DNA from: Lingula anatina
Lineage: Eukaryota > Animalia > Brachiopoda
Length of the DNA: 64,000 bases
Direction of reading: 5' to 3'
Assembly (NCBI GenBank): GCA_051362555.1
Contig: CM120644.1
Coordinates: 22,280,534 to 22,344,533, forward strand
The first letter of the stretch is position 1, and every line of letters begins with the position of its first letter. The notes under the pieces were generated by a model that saw nothing but the letters and a program-made list of their open reading frames with translations, was not told the origin of the DNA and ran no database searches. Below are positions 1 to 13,400 of the stretch, piece by piece. A program made the translations under genes and the position numbers.

Positions 1-1318
1 GGTGGTGAAAGCAAAATGTGCAGTACGGTAATGGATAATAAATTTTGAACTCCGGAAAAATAAAACATAAGGCTTGGCAAAGCAGACAACTTGTGGTCAA
101 AAATGACATTATTTCATCAAATTTGAACATCTGGAACTTCAGAGCACCTCCCATTTCAAGAATTTTGACCAAAATGACCTTTTCTTTATTTTAATTAATT
201 TTTTCTGTAGGAAATTTATGGCACATTATGGTAACTCCAAAATTATAACATTTAGTCCCTTATATCTCCAAAACTGGCAGAGATAGGTCCATAGTTACTA
301 TTGAAGTTGAATAGGAAGTCATATACTGGCAATCTAAATGTGACCTTAAAATTGACCTTTGACCTACTTTTCACCATGAACTGAACTTTGCAAATTTTGC
401 TTCCCTTTTATCTCCAAAACTGGCAGAGATAGGTCCATAGTTTCTATTGAACTTGAATAGGAAGTCATATACTGGCAATCTAAATGTGACCTTAAAATTG
501 ACCTTTGACCTACTTTTCACCATGAACTGAACTTTGCAAATTTTGCTTCCCTTTTATCTCCAAAACTGGCAGAGATAGGTCCATAGTTACTATTGAAGTT
601 GAATAGGAAGTCATATACTGGCAATCTAAATGTGACCTTAAAATTGACCTTTGACCTACTTTTCACCATGAACTGAACTTTGCAAATTTTGCTTCCCTTT
701 TATCTCCAAAACTGGCAGAGATAGTTCCATAGTCTCTATTGAATTTGAATAGGATGTCATATACTTGCAATCTAAAAGTGACCTTAAAATTGACCTTTGA
801 CCTACTTTTCACCATGAACTGAACTTTGCATATTTTGCTTCTCCTTTATCTCCAAAACTGGCAGAGATAGGTCCATAGGTCCATAGTTACTATTGAACGT
901 GAATAGGAAGTCATATACTGGCAATCTAAGTGTGACCTTGAAATTGACCTTTGACCTACTTATTATCATGAACTGAACTCTGCTAATTTCTTTTTCTTTT
1001 AACTCCAAACCTGGCAGAGATAGGCCCATAGTTACAATTGAAGTTGAATAGGAAGTCATATACTGGAAATTTACTGTGACCTTGGAATTGACCTTTGACC
1101 TACCTTACGATGAACTTAACTTTGATTGTACCATTTTTAGTTATATATATTTTTTGCATATTTTGAAAATTCTTGTTGACTGAATTTTTACAGCTTGGCA
1201 AGCACAAGACTGGTGGCTGTGTTCCTTATTTTGTATATGTGGGGGTATATACGAATGCGCTTGCTCCAGCTGGTGGTACAATATTCGGAGGCGGTATCGC
1301 CTCTCTGATCCTCTAGTT
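1..1318 (+). mobile_element. Helentron/HINE (DINE-like) non-autonomous element, 3' part, with internal tandem array
   Basis: 146-bp internal array followed by a GC stem-loop GAGGCG-gtat-CGCCTC (1288-1303) and a CTAG-TT end (1313-1318). The 5' end lies outside the window. Family is inferred from architecture only. Confidence 0.55.
263..1120. repeat. 146-bp tandem array, about 6 copies
   Basis: Unit start tatctccaaaactggcagagatagg at 263, 409, 555, 701, 847 and about 1001 (8-bp insertion in copy 5). Confidence 0.95.
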
Positions 1319-1534
1319 AAGACCTTGATTTCATGGACGTTTTGGAGAAGTGGCATTAGTGAGCAGTTTCTCTGTATATTACCCCATCATTATACTTTGG
1401 TTGTGTATAGTCTGTCAGTACCTCTATTGTAACATAGTGTACAAGTTTTGATATTGTATATTCATCTCTTGGTTCAAATATTATCAATTCATTAATCTTG
1501 CATCATCAATTTATGTTATATGGTACTGTATTCA

Positions 1535-1771
1535 TATTATATTATATTATATTATATTATATTATATTATATTATATTATATTATATTATATTATATTAT
1601 ATTGCGTATATACGGTAAGAAAAGTCGTATCATCCATTGCAGATTTTAGTAGTTAATTACGTCAGACATTTATATTTATATTATATTATATTATATTATA
1701 TTATATTATATTTTATAAGTCGTATCATCCATTGTAGATTTTAGTAGTTAATTATGTCAGACATTTATATA
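1535..1771. repeat. (ATTAT)n microsatellites with a duplicated ~55-bp spacer
   Basis: (attat)n at about 1535-1602 and 1677-1716; aagtcgtatcatccattg...cagacatttatat occurs at about 1622 and 1717. Confidence 0.9.
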
Positions 1772-3382
1772 TCAGTCCTGTATCTCCATTATTTGACAAT
1801 CGAGCAGAAATTTATTTTTAATTTAAATTGAAAGACATAGGTTTTAGGATTTTAATTGCATGTGTTGAGCCATTTTGTCACAACTCTTTTATTTTTACTG
1901 AGTGTGAACCTAAAGCTTAGGTGAGTTGTATTGAGGTGTCATAGGGTGTCCTCCAAGTATGTAAAAGCGCTTCTGTTGTATTGTATTCAGCCTATTGTTG
2001 TAATATCATTTAACGTATATTGCACAGTCATTGTATTTTACCGTTTATTGTAATAATTTTTAAATTAGGACTTGAGATAGGGTGCAGGTTTTTTGTTTTT
2101 TTTTAAAGACTGAAGTCTTAAAAGACTGAAATGAGGTGACATTGATAATTACAGTGATTGGGTGTTTCAAAAACATTTTTACATGTACATATACAATATA
2201 AGCATTTTACTGTCACTGTAGAGGGTATTATTAATATTGGAGGATTGCCCTTGCCCTATTCTGTCATATATTTTAAATTTGACATTGTAAAGATGTTGTC
2301 AACTTGTTTTTAGAGTACTGTTCTTGGCTTTTATTCAATTGTGCAAAGACATCAACTATATCATGAGTATATTTGATAAGAATTATATCTTTATAAATCA
2401 GTATAATGTTAGTACAGTATACCTGTCTGTTAATTGCATATTTTACCCTAATAGTTTTACAGAACTGGGGGGTATTTTTCTGATAATATAAATTATTCCT
2501 GTAAAAGTAGCTTGTGTTCAATTAAAATAATTGATAATAAAATAATAATATTATTTTTTCAACTTTGTATACCTTTTGTCAGACAAAGAGACTTATGGCA
2601 GGTTGCTCATCTCAAAATCTTTATTCTTTTTGCTCAAACAGAAAATACATGTTGCAATTAATCTTTTCAACATTGATGTTGCTTGAGTTTTCAAGAAAAG
2701 GATAAACTGTAAAATATAACAGTCATAGCAGTACTTCTGTCATTCACTGTTACCCACTCATAAAAAAAAAGGATCATTCCTTCATTTATCTAACTTAAAA
2801 TAGATTCTAGAGAGTACCGCGCAATGTACAATAAATAATTTACATAAAGTTAAAACTGTATAGAGTATAGCGCCCCCTAAAATAACACATCTTCCAGCAT
2901 GAATAAGGGTAAAAGAATTAATGTTAGAGAAGAAATATCTTGCATCATACGGATGGAGTTCACCTATGTTATATGAACTTCAGATTCTAACACAGCAGAA
3001 ACAACTTGTAAGATTGTTTTCTTGTATTGTGGTGTGGTTTCCAGGACAAAAGAGTGTTAGGCATGTTTTGTGTATTGGCAATAGTCCAAAGTTTTTTTTT
3101 CTGTTATTGGTTATACATCCCCCACTGCTTTTGACAAGCACCTACTTACATATAATTTGAAATGGTACAGAGTTCATATCAAAATAAATCTTTCTTTTAC
3201 TACAGTTTATGTAAATTTGAATGGCTAAGGACTGTTATAAAAACTGAAAAATAAAATGATAAAAATATAATGTGACAGGCACAAATTACTTTTACTTAAA
3301 ACAGAAAATAAAAGACCCTTTCATCACATTAAAAACAGTGTTTGGCTGTACTGGTGATTTGGCAAAAATATTGTAATCTTCA

Positions 3383-4476
3383 CTATACTCTCAATGTTGT
3401 AGTTAAAACACTCTGATTTGTAAATAAACCAGTCATATTTTCTGCCTGGCAGTAGGCCAACTTTTCTCCGTGGCTACAGCTGTACCCGTTGACCATTTCC
3501 TTGATGACCATCGCCGTCCCAGTGCCCATGACAAATATCCCGAAAAATGTGGTCAGTAACATGGGGATGTTCTTAATGCAGAGAATTGGCTCATGTTGGA
3601 GCTTCATAACACATGCAGGGGGGATGATGAAGGCTAGTGGAGCAGCTGCTAGCACCCCCTGAAATATATATTTTAGGAAAATAAATGTTCCGTTTTTAGA
3701 AAATCCCTGAAATATTTGAAGAGAAGGTTTCATTATGTAAATCTGTGTGGATAAGGACTATTTCCCCTGTCCATATAATTAATTTTCAACAAAGTTATAT
3801 TCTATTGGCAATTTTTTTCAATTTGTCACAAATTCAAGTAAATATTTAGGTACCTTAATTGTAACAGCTGACATAAAAATGCAATTAAAGTAAAAAAATA
3901 AAATAAAAAAACACGGAAATGGGAGAGTACATTTACTGGAATTTGAGAAGAAAGCACTTACATTTAATTCTAAAACCACCCCTAGGCAGTCTGTTGCCAT
4001 GGAGAATCCCATAGCGAGGCAGACAATGATAACAGTGACCAGAGAGTGTCTCCACAATGTTCTTGGCTGATAGTGGGCAAATACTGAATGTTCCAACACC
4101 TGTAATAAATAAATAAATAAACAATAATTATTATTATAATAAATACAAAAGAAATAAAATTTTACAGAATAAGTCTGGTGATCTAAAGGGGAGAGGGGTG
4201 GTCACAATGACAACAAAGATCAATTTGAAAGTGAAACATAAATATCAAATAGCAAATGGGGGCTATACCCCGTGATATATTTAACACCGAGGTGAAAACT
4301 GAAAACTTTTGTCATTTCTTGCTTCTAATATTTTTTCAGATATGAAGATTTAGGTGCATGCCTCATCTGTGGGGGAAGGGGGGGTTGGGCAGATCAAGGC
4401 GGTGACCCCCCCCCCCCCTGGATTATGAGTTTTCTACATAGAATAGTCTTAAACTGGTGATTTTAAATCTAGTGTG

Positions 4477-4531
<55 letters not shown>

Positions 4532-7500
4532 CTTTTCTTTTTAAAGAATTAAAATTCTAACATAAGTGCCAGAGTGTAAGTTATACTATATGTAGTATTT
4601 AATATCACACCATGTAATACATTAGCGTGGACCTCAGTCTCACCTCTCTGGTCACAAAGCACTCCACAGGGTACGTCAACATGATGGTGACTGCAAATGC
4701 CAACCTGGCCGCATTGATCAGGTCGTCTTTCTCACAGTAATTTTCTAGGACATCACCTTGAACAAGAAATCATAATCAGGTTGTCAATCTCACAGTAATT
4801 TTCTAGGACATCACCTTGAACAAGAAATCATAATCAGGTTGTCAATCTCACAGTAATTTTCTAGGACATCACCTTGAACAAGAAATCATAATCAGGTTGT
4901 CATTCTCACAGTAATTTTCTAGGACATCACCTTGAACAAGAAATCATAATCAGGTTGTCATTCTCACAGTAATTTTCTAGGACATCACCTTAAACAAGAA
5001 ATCATAATCAGGTTGTCATTCTCACAGTAAATAAATTTGTTTAAAAATGAACAAAAATGATATAAGAATTTTTTTTTGTTTTTTTTCTAAATGGCTAAAA
5101 GGTTTACCTTAATCCTCGTATGAGAAAATACAAAAATCATCATAATATTTCCTTTTTGAAAAATTTAAAATTAAATGGCTGAAAAACATTACAAGCTATC
5201 CAGTCATCTTTCTGATGATATCAATATGACCACGCTGTCAGGTTTAAACCTCAACATCAATCAAATAAAAAGTCCATGACAGGTTAATTATCTTAAATAA
5301 ATGTTTTTTTTTTAAGAATGAAATATACAATTTATCGTAATGATATTCATAAGAATACAAACCCTGCGTGAACGAGGTAAAAGTAGCATATCCCACAATG
5401 CCCAGTATCACCATGAGAACCATGGAGGTCAGCATGCTGGCGTGGGTCACAATGTGCCATTTGTGCCACGTGGGATCCTCCAGCGAATCGTAGATGAGGA
5501 AAGAATTGTGAAGACACATATATGCTAGAAGTGAAGAAATCAACACAAGGAGATTAACATAAATGACAGCCAATGTATATTATATACAGTAAAAATGAGA
5601 AAAATCTAACAAATAATTGTATGTTATAAAAAGTATGACTTAAAGGCGTACAATGCACATTCATCTTTAGGTAGCAAAAGAATTTAATTTCCTTTGAAGT
5701 TTGAATTTAGTAATGCTACTTATTTTATGGGGTTTTGGCTCGGTTAGATAATACTGTTACTGTAAAATTGTCAAATAAGTGTTGATACAATAATTGCAAT
5801 GATGTGCTTTATACGACGTTGATCTATATTACCTTAATCAGGAAATAATATAAAAGAGCTTATAAAAAGTCTTTCTATTTTGGAAAAAATTCACATGTCT
5901 GCAGTATGGAGAAAAACCCATTAGAATGCTGTGATGATTTAAAATGGTCCCACTACAAGTTCTCTGTGAACTTACCAAAGGCCATGACACCTATAGCTTG
6001 AGTGAAGTTATAGTTTGCAAACTGCCAGGAATCTTCTGTTACAGGGCTGTAATGTAGTTATCATCATCATTATATATTACCAATCAACATAAATCTCAAC
6101 ACTGATATGCAGTGAAATAGATTTTTGTTGTCCCTTGTGTATAGTGCTGGTAAAAAGTAAACCATTGCCTCATACTATTAGGTAAGAAGACGGTCACTTT
6201 GGAAAATAATTAATTATAAAAAATATTATACTTTTGCAGATAGGCCAAATACTGACTGTGTTGGTATGTCAAAATCGTCAACATACTCTTTTAAAGTTGA
6301 AAAAGGATAATCAGAAATTAATATCATTTAAATTCTATCAACATCCTTAAAACAAATAATATGGATGAACCTTGCACATTATGTCCAAGGATGAACCAAA
6401 GGATTAAAATTGGAAATTTAGAATAAAATCAACTGAACTTATTATAATAACAACAGACTGAAGCATTTCTGGGAGTTTGGATTAAAAGAGGGAAAGTCAT
6501 TAAATAAGTTAGTGTAAACTTACATATCACTGCTCATATCTATACGAATGATCATAGCCACTAAAATAAATACTACAAATGCCATGGCTGTCAATGAAGC
6601 CTGAAAATGAATAGAAAAAACATACATTAATTGTGAATTACACAAAAATAGAATCACTGAATCGATACCTTGAAAAGCTACAATGAGCGCACTAGTCTAA
6701 GTGCTTAGTGGCACTGTACACAGTATTGGATACCATATACTTTGGTGATAAATGAAAAGTGTTTAAATTTTCTGGGAAATTAAAAATATATACTAATACA
6801 AAGGTCTAATGCCCGATGTGAGTCTTATATCATGTGTCACATAGTTATTTGTGACATTGGTTTGTACTACATTTGGTCTGTACTATATTTGTTATATTTA
6901 TCTTACCACAGCCAGTTTAGCTATATCCCTATATAAAGACATTGGTTTGTACTACATTTGGTCTGTACTATATTTGTTATATTTATCTTACCACAGCCAG
7001 TTTAGCTATATCCCTATATAAAGAATTGGTTTGTACTACATTTGGTCTGTACTATATTTGTTACATTTATCTTACCACAGCCAGTTTAGCTATATCCCTA
7101 TATAAAGAATTGGTTTGTACTACATTTGGTCTGTACTATATTTCTTACATTTATCTTACCACAGCCAGTTTAGCTATATCCCTATATAAAGAATTGGTTT
7201 GTACTACATTTGGTCTGTACTATATTTGTTATATTTATCTTACCACAGCCAGTTTAGCTATATCCCTATATAAAGACACTGGTAGCAATACAAGTAAGGT
7301 TACAACAACGATGACAAAATGCCGTGTTCCCACTATTGTGCCAGAAATATAATCTGAAAGAAACAAAATACTAGTTACCCTTTTTATCTAAATATTAGAA
7401 TATTTCAATAAAGTTGGATTGATTAATTTTCATAATCACAGAAATTATATTAACTTTTAATGACATGTGAAAAAAGAAATAATGCAAAAAAATAAAAATA

Positions 7501-10492
7501 AAAAAGAAGAAGAAGAAATAAAACTCTAATTTACATTGCATATTTATAACATACACATTTAATGTTAATTTTTATGCATAAAATGATAATCAAGGGCAAG
7601 CTAATGTAGAGTAATATCTAAATTAATTTACTAAGTGTGATTTCTAGTTACTAAGTTCCATACATGAAAGTTATCAATAATAAAAATTAAAAAAAAAAAA
7701 CTTACATCCAAAAAACCTGAGCATGACCTTAGTAATTGTATCTCCTATGATGACATTGTAACTGATCATTGCTGGAAACAAACAAAATAAAGGGATACAG
7801 GGCACAAACAAAATAAATATATTAAAATCACATAAAATATTTTAAAATTAGTCTAAGAGCATAAAAGAAAGCTATAACACAGTCAAAAAGTTCCATTGAT
7901 TTTTATGGTAATTATGCAACTTTCTTAAATCTCACATTTTAAATATTTTTACTGTTTCTGACACAGGCTCATAACTGTGGACCCCCCTTTCAAATAATCC
8001 AGTATTATATTTCTCACCAATAAAAGGGTACAGGAACTGCATTATAGTCAAGATGAAGAAACCAGGTCTTCCAAACGCAGATTGCACCAAACCCTGCAAA
8101 AACAGAATTGTCATTGTTACATATACCTGTATATATATATATACACGGTATATTTTTTTCAAAAACATAAATTTGTTAAAAAAGGAAACATAAAAAAAAA
8201 CTTCAGCACATTCATTATATTGTTCGCAAAACCACCCGTGGGATAAGTGGGATTAGTCAGTTACAACTACTCAGTGTCCACTGTGTTTTGGAATAACAAC
8301 ACTGTTGTATTATGCACACTGTAGTCAACTCATGTTGTAACAAGTACTTCAATTACCTGGTAACTGTTTGTGTTTGAGATCTGTCCTCCATGAATAAGTA
8401 ACATCACTGAATAATCTGTAAAACCAAAAATTCAAGAGTCATATGTATTTGTAAAAAGATTTTACATCTTGTTTTAATTTAAAAGAAAAAAAAAGATATC
8501 GTAGAAAATGCTGCCAAATGGAGAGACAAAGATAAGACAAAACTACAAAAATCATTGTCAGACTTTAAAATGAATTATTAACCTGTTATTATAGCAACGA
8601 GTATAATCAAGATGATCCCAAGTCCAACTCCTGCCTGCTTCAGTGCATAAGGCATACCTGGAAAATATGTTTTAATTCAGGAAATAATTTTTAGTATATT
8701 TACATATGAAATATTTTTTCCAATCATTTTTCTTTTTTTGTTAATTTCAAGTGTTTTACACTTTGGTATCCTGTACTATCTCTGGAAGGTTATAAATATT
8801 CAAATTTATAAAAATTTTACAAATTTTCATATTACATATAAGTGATTCTTGAAAAAATTTCAAAGCTTCTTATTCATTAAAAAAATTACAAAAGAGGAAA
8901 TACTATGGTAAATCATGCACATACATGTATTCTTAGTGATGGGTTAGATGTTGAGATGAGAAATGAACTTTCCTCAAGAAACTTTTTAATCCTACCCTTT
9001 TTGTTACAGTAACTTAAACCAAAAACAGAATGATGCAATGTAAATTCTAATTTATTTCATACCTATTATCCCAGACCCAATAATAGAATTGATAAAATTA
9101 AATGTGGCCATTGGAAGTGTGCTCCTCTTGACCCTGTCTTCACTAGCGCCATCTTGTGCGTCAATTAGCTGGTAGGTATCACTGGTAACCTCTGTAGGGG
9201 TGTTTGCCTTTAAAATAAATGTAACTTATCAAACTCGGACAAATAAAACATTTTGTTTATCTTTTCAGTAACAAAATCAAGGTTGCACTATACCCAGGAG
9301 TGTTAGCCAGGATGATGCAGACCTACACAATTAAGATACCAGTAGCAAATTAATTTAAAGATGCATGCAGAGTGTGAGATTTTCCCAGAAAAAAATAAAA
9401 TAATAAATAAATGAAACAAAATAAATAAAACAAAAATTAAAAAACATAATTTGAGATATTTATCAGTTAAAACATTATCAAAAATGTAATTTGTCATCTG
9501 CACTAAGAGAGACAGAATCATTTATTGACATTTTATTCATAATCTATAATTCAGTTCTACACACCTGACTCAGTAAGTGTATATTCCGCTAGGGCAGGCA
9601 AAATCAATCCAAATTTAATCAGAATTCACAGCTAATTGGTGAAAGGGTAAATGAGTATCACGGTTTTGTCAGATATTCAATAATCAACTCAACAAGTGCC
9701 CCCACATGACAAGAAAAACAAGTCTGGCTTTTGACTATGAGGTAATAACTCCTTTCATTCAAATAAGAGCGCATTCTCAACGAATTAAGCCAAGCTTTAC
9801 AAAGCCGGTGACCTAAAAATGGCGGACGTACATGAAAGAAAAACCGCCTAATCTTTTAATAGTCTCTCTGTCTCCCCACACGTCGTCCCTGCGGGGTACA
9901 GTAATTAAATCTCAGCTCCGTTCGCCATGCGGAAGCTACCTGAGAAATATTAAGTGCGCATGCTCATCAGTTAAACTCGTGGTGAAGAAGGCATAGCGGC
10001 TGAAGGCGATCGAAAAAAAAAAGCTCTTCTGTTCTATTATCTTTGAAAACAGAGACGAAAAAGGAATAATTTGGCCCGTAGAGCAGCAATGAATCGACTA
10101 TCTAAGGAGATAATATCACCAGAGATATTCACGGAAATATTAATGTTCGGAGCCGAGATTTAATTACTGTACCCTGCAGGGACCACGTGTGGGGAGGCGT
10201 GTGAGAGGCGGAGAGACTATTAAAAGATTAGGCGGTTTTTCTTTCATGTACGTCCGCCATTTTTAGGTCACCGGCTTTGTAAAGCCTGGCTTAATTCGTT
10301 GAGAATGCGCTCTAAGACTGTTTAAATATATTTCTTTAAATGAGTAAATTTGTTTTATTCACTGATCCATAACTAAAGATATTCAATCCTTCAAACTTTT
10401 GACAAATTGCCAATTCTCTGCATTAAGAAATACAAGTCACTCACCCCTGTGGAAGGCTCTTCTAAAATCTTTGTCTTTTCATTCAGTTCCAT
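3383..10492 (-). CDS. SLC38A11: Putative sodium-coupled neutral amino acid transporter 11 (Aa_trans family), about 471 aa, 13 coding exons
   Basis: GT-AG exons 10445-10492, 9063-9207, 8583-8657, 8357-8415, 8018-8093, 7706-7771, 7244-7353, 6524-6600, 5976-6046, 5363-5524, 4644-4756, 3962-4099, 3383-3658 splice in frame (1416 nt). Motifs FNFINSIIGSGIIGMPYA, MISYNVIIGDT, CLHNSFLIYDSLEDPT, GDVLENYC, LTYPVECFVTRE, TDCLGVVLELNGVL match SLC38A11. Confidence 0.92.
4482..4528. repeat. (AT)n microsatellite
   Basis: Pure ta run in an SLC38A11 intron. Confidence 0.95.
4712..5030 (-). repeat. 58-bp tandem array (about 5.5 copies) containing a splice acceptor plus exon start
   Basis: ctcacagtaa recurs at 4731, 4789, 4847, 4905, 4963, 5021. 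On the minus strand the unit is atttcttgttcaag plus the first ~44 nt of exon 4644-4756. Confidence 0.95.
6856..7278 (-). repeat. 84-bp tandem array (5 copies) containing an exon end plus splice donor
   Basis: ttggtttgtactac at 6857, 6942, 7026, 7110, 7194. The unit is the last ~33 nt of exon 7244-7353, gtaagataa and further intron. Confidence 0.95.
9767..10312. mobile_element. PIF/Harbinger-like (Tourist-type) MITE with long terminal inverted repeats
   Basis: GAGCGCATTCTCAACGAATTAAGCC...GGCTTAATTCGTTGAGAATGCGCTC; about 150-bp near-perfect TIRs with TAA on both flanks (3-bp TSD). Confidence 0.85.
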
Positions 10493-13400
10493 TTTTTTAA
10501 ATGCAATTTAGATCAACAAGCTGGCGAGCTCTGAAGAAAAAAATCTGTTTCTGTAATCATCATTTCCAATTATGGATTCATATATACAGTTTATTCTCTT
10601 TAAGTTAAAAAAGCACAATCTGTACCTTTTACATTTTTACCTGTATCAAAATTCAAAAAGTCTGAAGAACATTGGTCAAAAAGCTTTTGTCCACCATGAA
10701 CTATAAAGCTCAAATTTGCAAACAATAACAAAAAGATCAATTAAGATGATGATGAAGATGATCATAATAAATGGTCTAGAAAATCATTTGGTATGAGTTT
10801 TACTTGTCCAAAGTGTAATGACCTTTAATATCACCAGTCTGATTACAAATCATTTGAAATAAATCCTGTATCAATAGAATTTCTAGTGACAACTAACAAG
10901 TCAGGTTACTTAACATACAATGTCATATTAATATTACCGTACGTATATTTCTCTGACAGCACCTAGCTTAATTAATTTAATCTGAAATATTAAATATTAC
11001 TAGTAAATACATGTACTTCATCAGACTTATCTGTCTAACTTTAGGACAAAACATATTATCATTACTATTGTGAAGCCCATCCAATGAATTACAAACACTC
11101 ACCTATGCTTTTTAATTAGATATAGTCCAATATCTGGAAATATACGTGCAGTGACAATTGGATACAGCAGCTCAACAGTTTCTTTCAGTTTCCATAAATT
11201 TCCTGAATCACTCAATACCTAGCTGCTCCTTAAATTATAGTTCCTTATTAAATAACTTCAGATGTCATAACTTCTCTGACTTTGACATGGCAGATAAAAG
11301 TTATAATTTTTTTGTGTCACTTGTTTCTCTGTCACCAATCCATACTCCCAAACTTTGAGGATATCAGCAAGCCGCAGATGTCTGAAAGTAATAATAAGAA
11401 TAATAACTCACATTAATATACTGTAAGTCATAAAATATTTATCATAATCATTATTGCAAAAATGAATGTGTCTATCATAATTGCTATTATAATAATAATC
11501 AATATGCTTCATGTATTGCAGTTATATATACAGAGTTGTCACCTGCCTGGCATTTTACTGTATTTAAATGTCATATGTGAATGACTTCTAGACTTTGTTG
11601 ACTAATACAATACCTTGAAGTGCCAAATTAAGACTAATTTTTTTTAATTTAAAGAAATGATGCCTCTCACCTCAGCTGAAGATATTTGATCAGTTATATA
11701 AACAAAGTCATATGCCTCTCATCTCATATTGCACTTACTATACACACTACTGCTGCACAAACATTTCTGGTCACACCACAATTATTTTATGGCAAAAAAT
11801 TTACTCAAGCTGTGTTACATGTACTTGGCAGTATACATATTTCCGTCTGTCATCTAAGTACATGGTAGATGGTCGAGATTTAATAGTCCGCCTTGCTTAA
11901 AATGTACCCTAGTATGCCAATATGAGATTTCATGTATTTTAAAAGTATCACTTCTACACCCCCCCCCCCCCCCCCCCCCCCCACTTTCCACCCTCAGACC
12001 TCAATAATACACACATTCACCTTGCAATCCTGTCACCCAGATTTCACCTTCTGGAACTTTATGTAAATTGCCCCAGAAATCCACCCTGAGTTTCCAAGTC
12101 AACTCACTGGGACCTTGCCCCAACACTTCAACAAGGACAAGATGTTCCCTGAGTGACCTCAGGATCATCAGGGTGCTCCCAGCTGTATCGGGGTATATTA
12201 TATTACATTGTATCATGAGAGAAATAACTGCACTGTTGACACTACTAACTTAGTTCGCATGGTTGAACCCATTCAAATGTGAGGTCAACTGCTTTTATAA
12301 TCTGTGACCCGACCTTCAAAACATCAGACCATGAACTGTGCTTATTATAACCATGAATCTCATGGATCCAAGTCTCCTTATATAAGGGGTTGAGAATTCA
12401 ACTCTGTAATTTTTCAACCTTAACTTGAATCTGTTTAAACACTTGCTGCAAGTGCTAAGCATTCTCAAATTAAGTTAAGAAGACCAGAATCTGGAGCATG
12501 TGCATCCCCCGCCCCCTGTTCCCCTGCATTAAACAACATGCTGTTTCTTTTTATTATTAATATTAATTAATATAAACTTGGTATTTATCCTTCTACATTA
12601 AATTGGTAAAAAGTGGATTGCAATCACTCAATATTGTAAATAATTTAAGAGCCCATCAATTATACATAAGAAAAAAAAAAAAAAACAATTTAAAAATAAT
12701 ACTTATCATAAATAAAAGCCAGGGGGTGGGGAGCGGCACCTTTAATTAAACAAATTAGAACTGCACTCATTCCTTTTTCCCTTTTTTTGCCATCATACAA
12801 ACTGTAACCAGAGTTACTAGCCTGGAACACACATTTTATTTTTTTTTTTTCACTTGGAACTTGAAAATAAAGAGGCTATATAGCCAGCTGCAGCTCTTCA
12901 ACTGAGGACAGGTTCGCAAAAGATGACTTCAGTCTGAAAATAGGCCAAATCTTTTACCACTAATATTTATTTAATTTACTTAATTTCAAAATGTCTGGAT
13001 CAACTTTATTCAAAGTATTACTAAATTAGTAAAACATTTCTGGAGAAAATTATAAATTCATGTTTGAATTTCCTATAAGCAATGACCAAATTCTACCCCT
13101 CCAACCTCCCCCCCCCCACACACCCCCACACAGACACACCCACACCCACACACCCACACACATACACATATACTAATGGTTAGAGATTCAGAGGTGCTGT
13201 GTGAATCAATACTTTCTCACAACTTCACCCATTCAAGGATCAGTAAATTGTCACTTCATTAATTCTGTCAACAGGGACTGATTTATCCACCCACGGCAAG
13301 GAGGGTCTGTAATAAAAGCCGGCCATTATCACGTATTGGCCACGGAAAGTGGTATTCGTTTTCAGAGATGAGGACAGAAAATCCCAACCTATTCGTACAT

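Noticed and set aside
802-1059. 85-aa ORF
   Set aside because: Lies in the 146-bp array of a non-autonomous element; no recognisable domain.
6942-7352. 136-aa plus-strand repeat ORF
   Set aside because: A by-product of the 84-bp array, antisense to an SLC38A11 exon; no independent gene signals.
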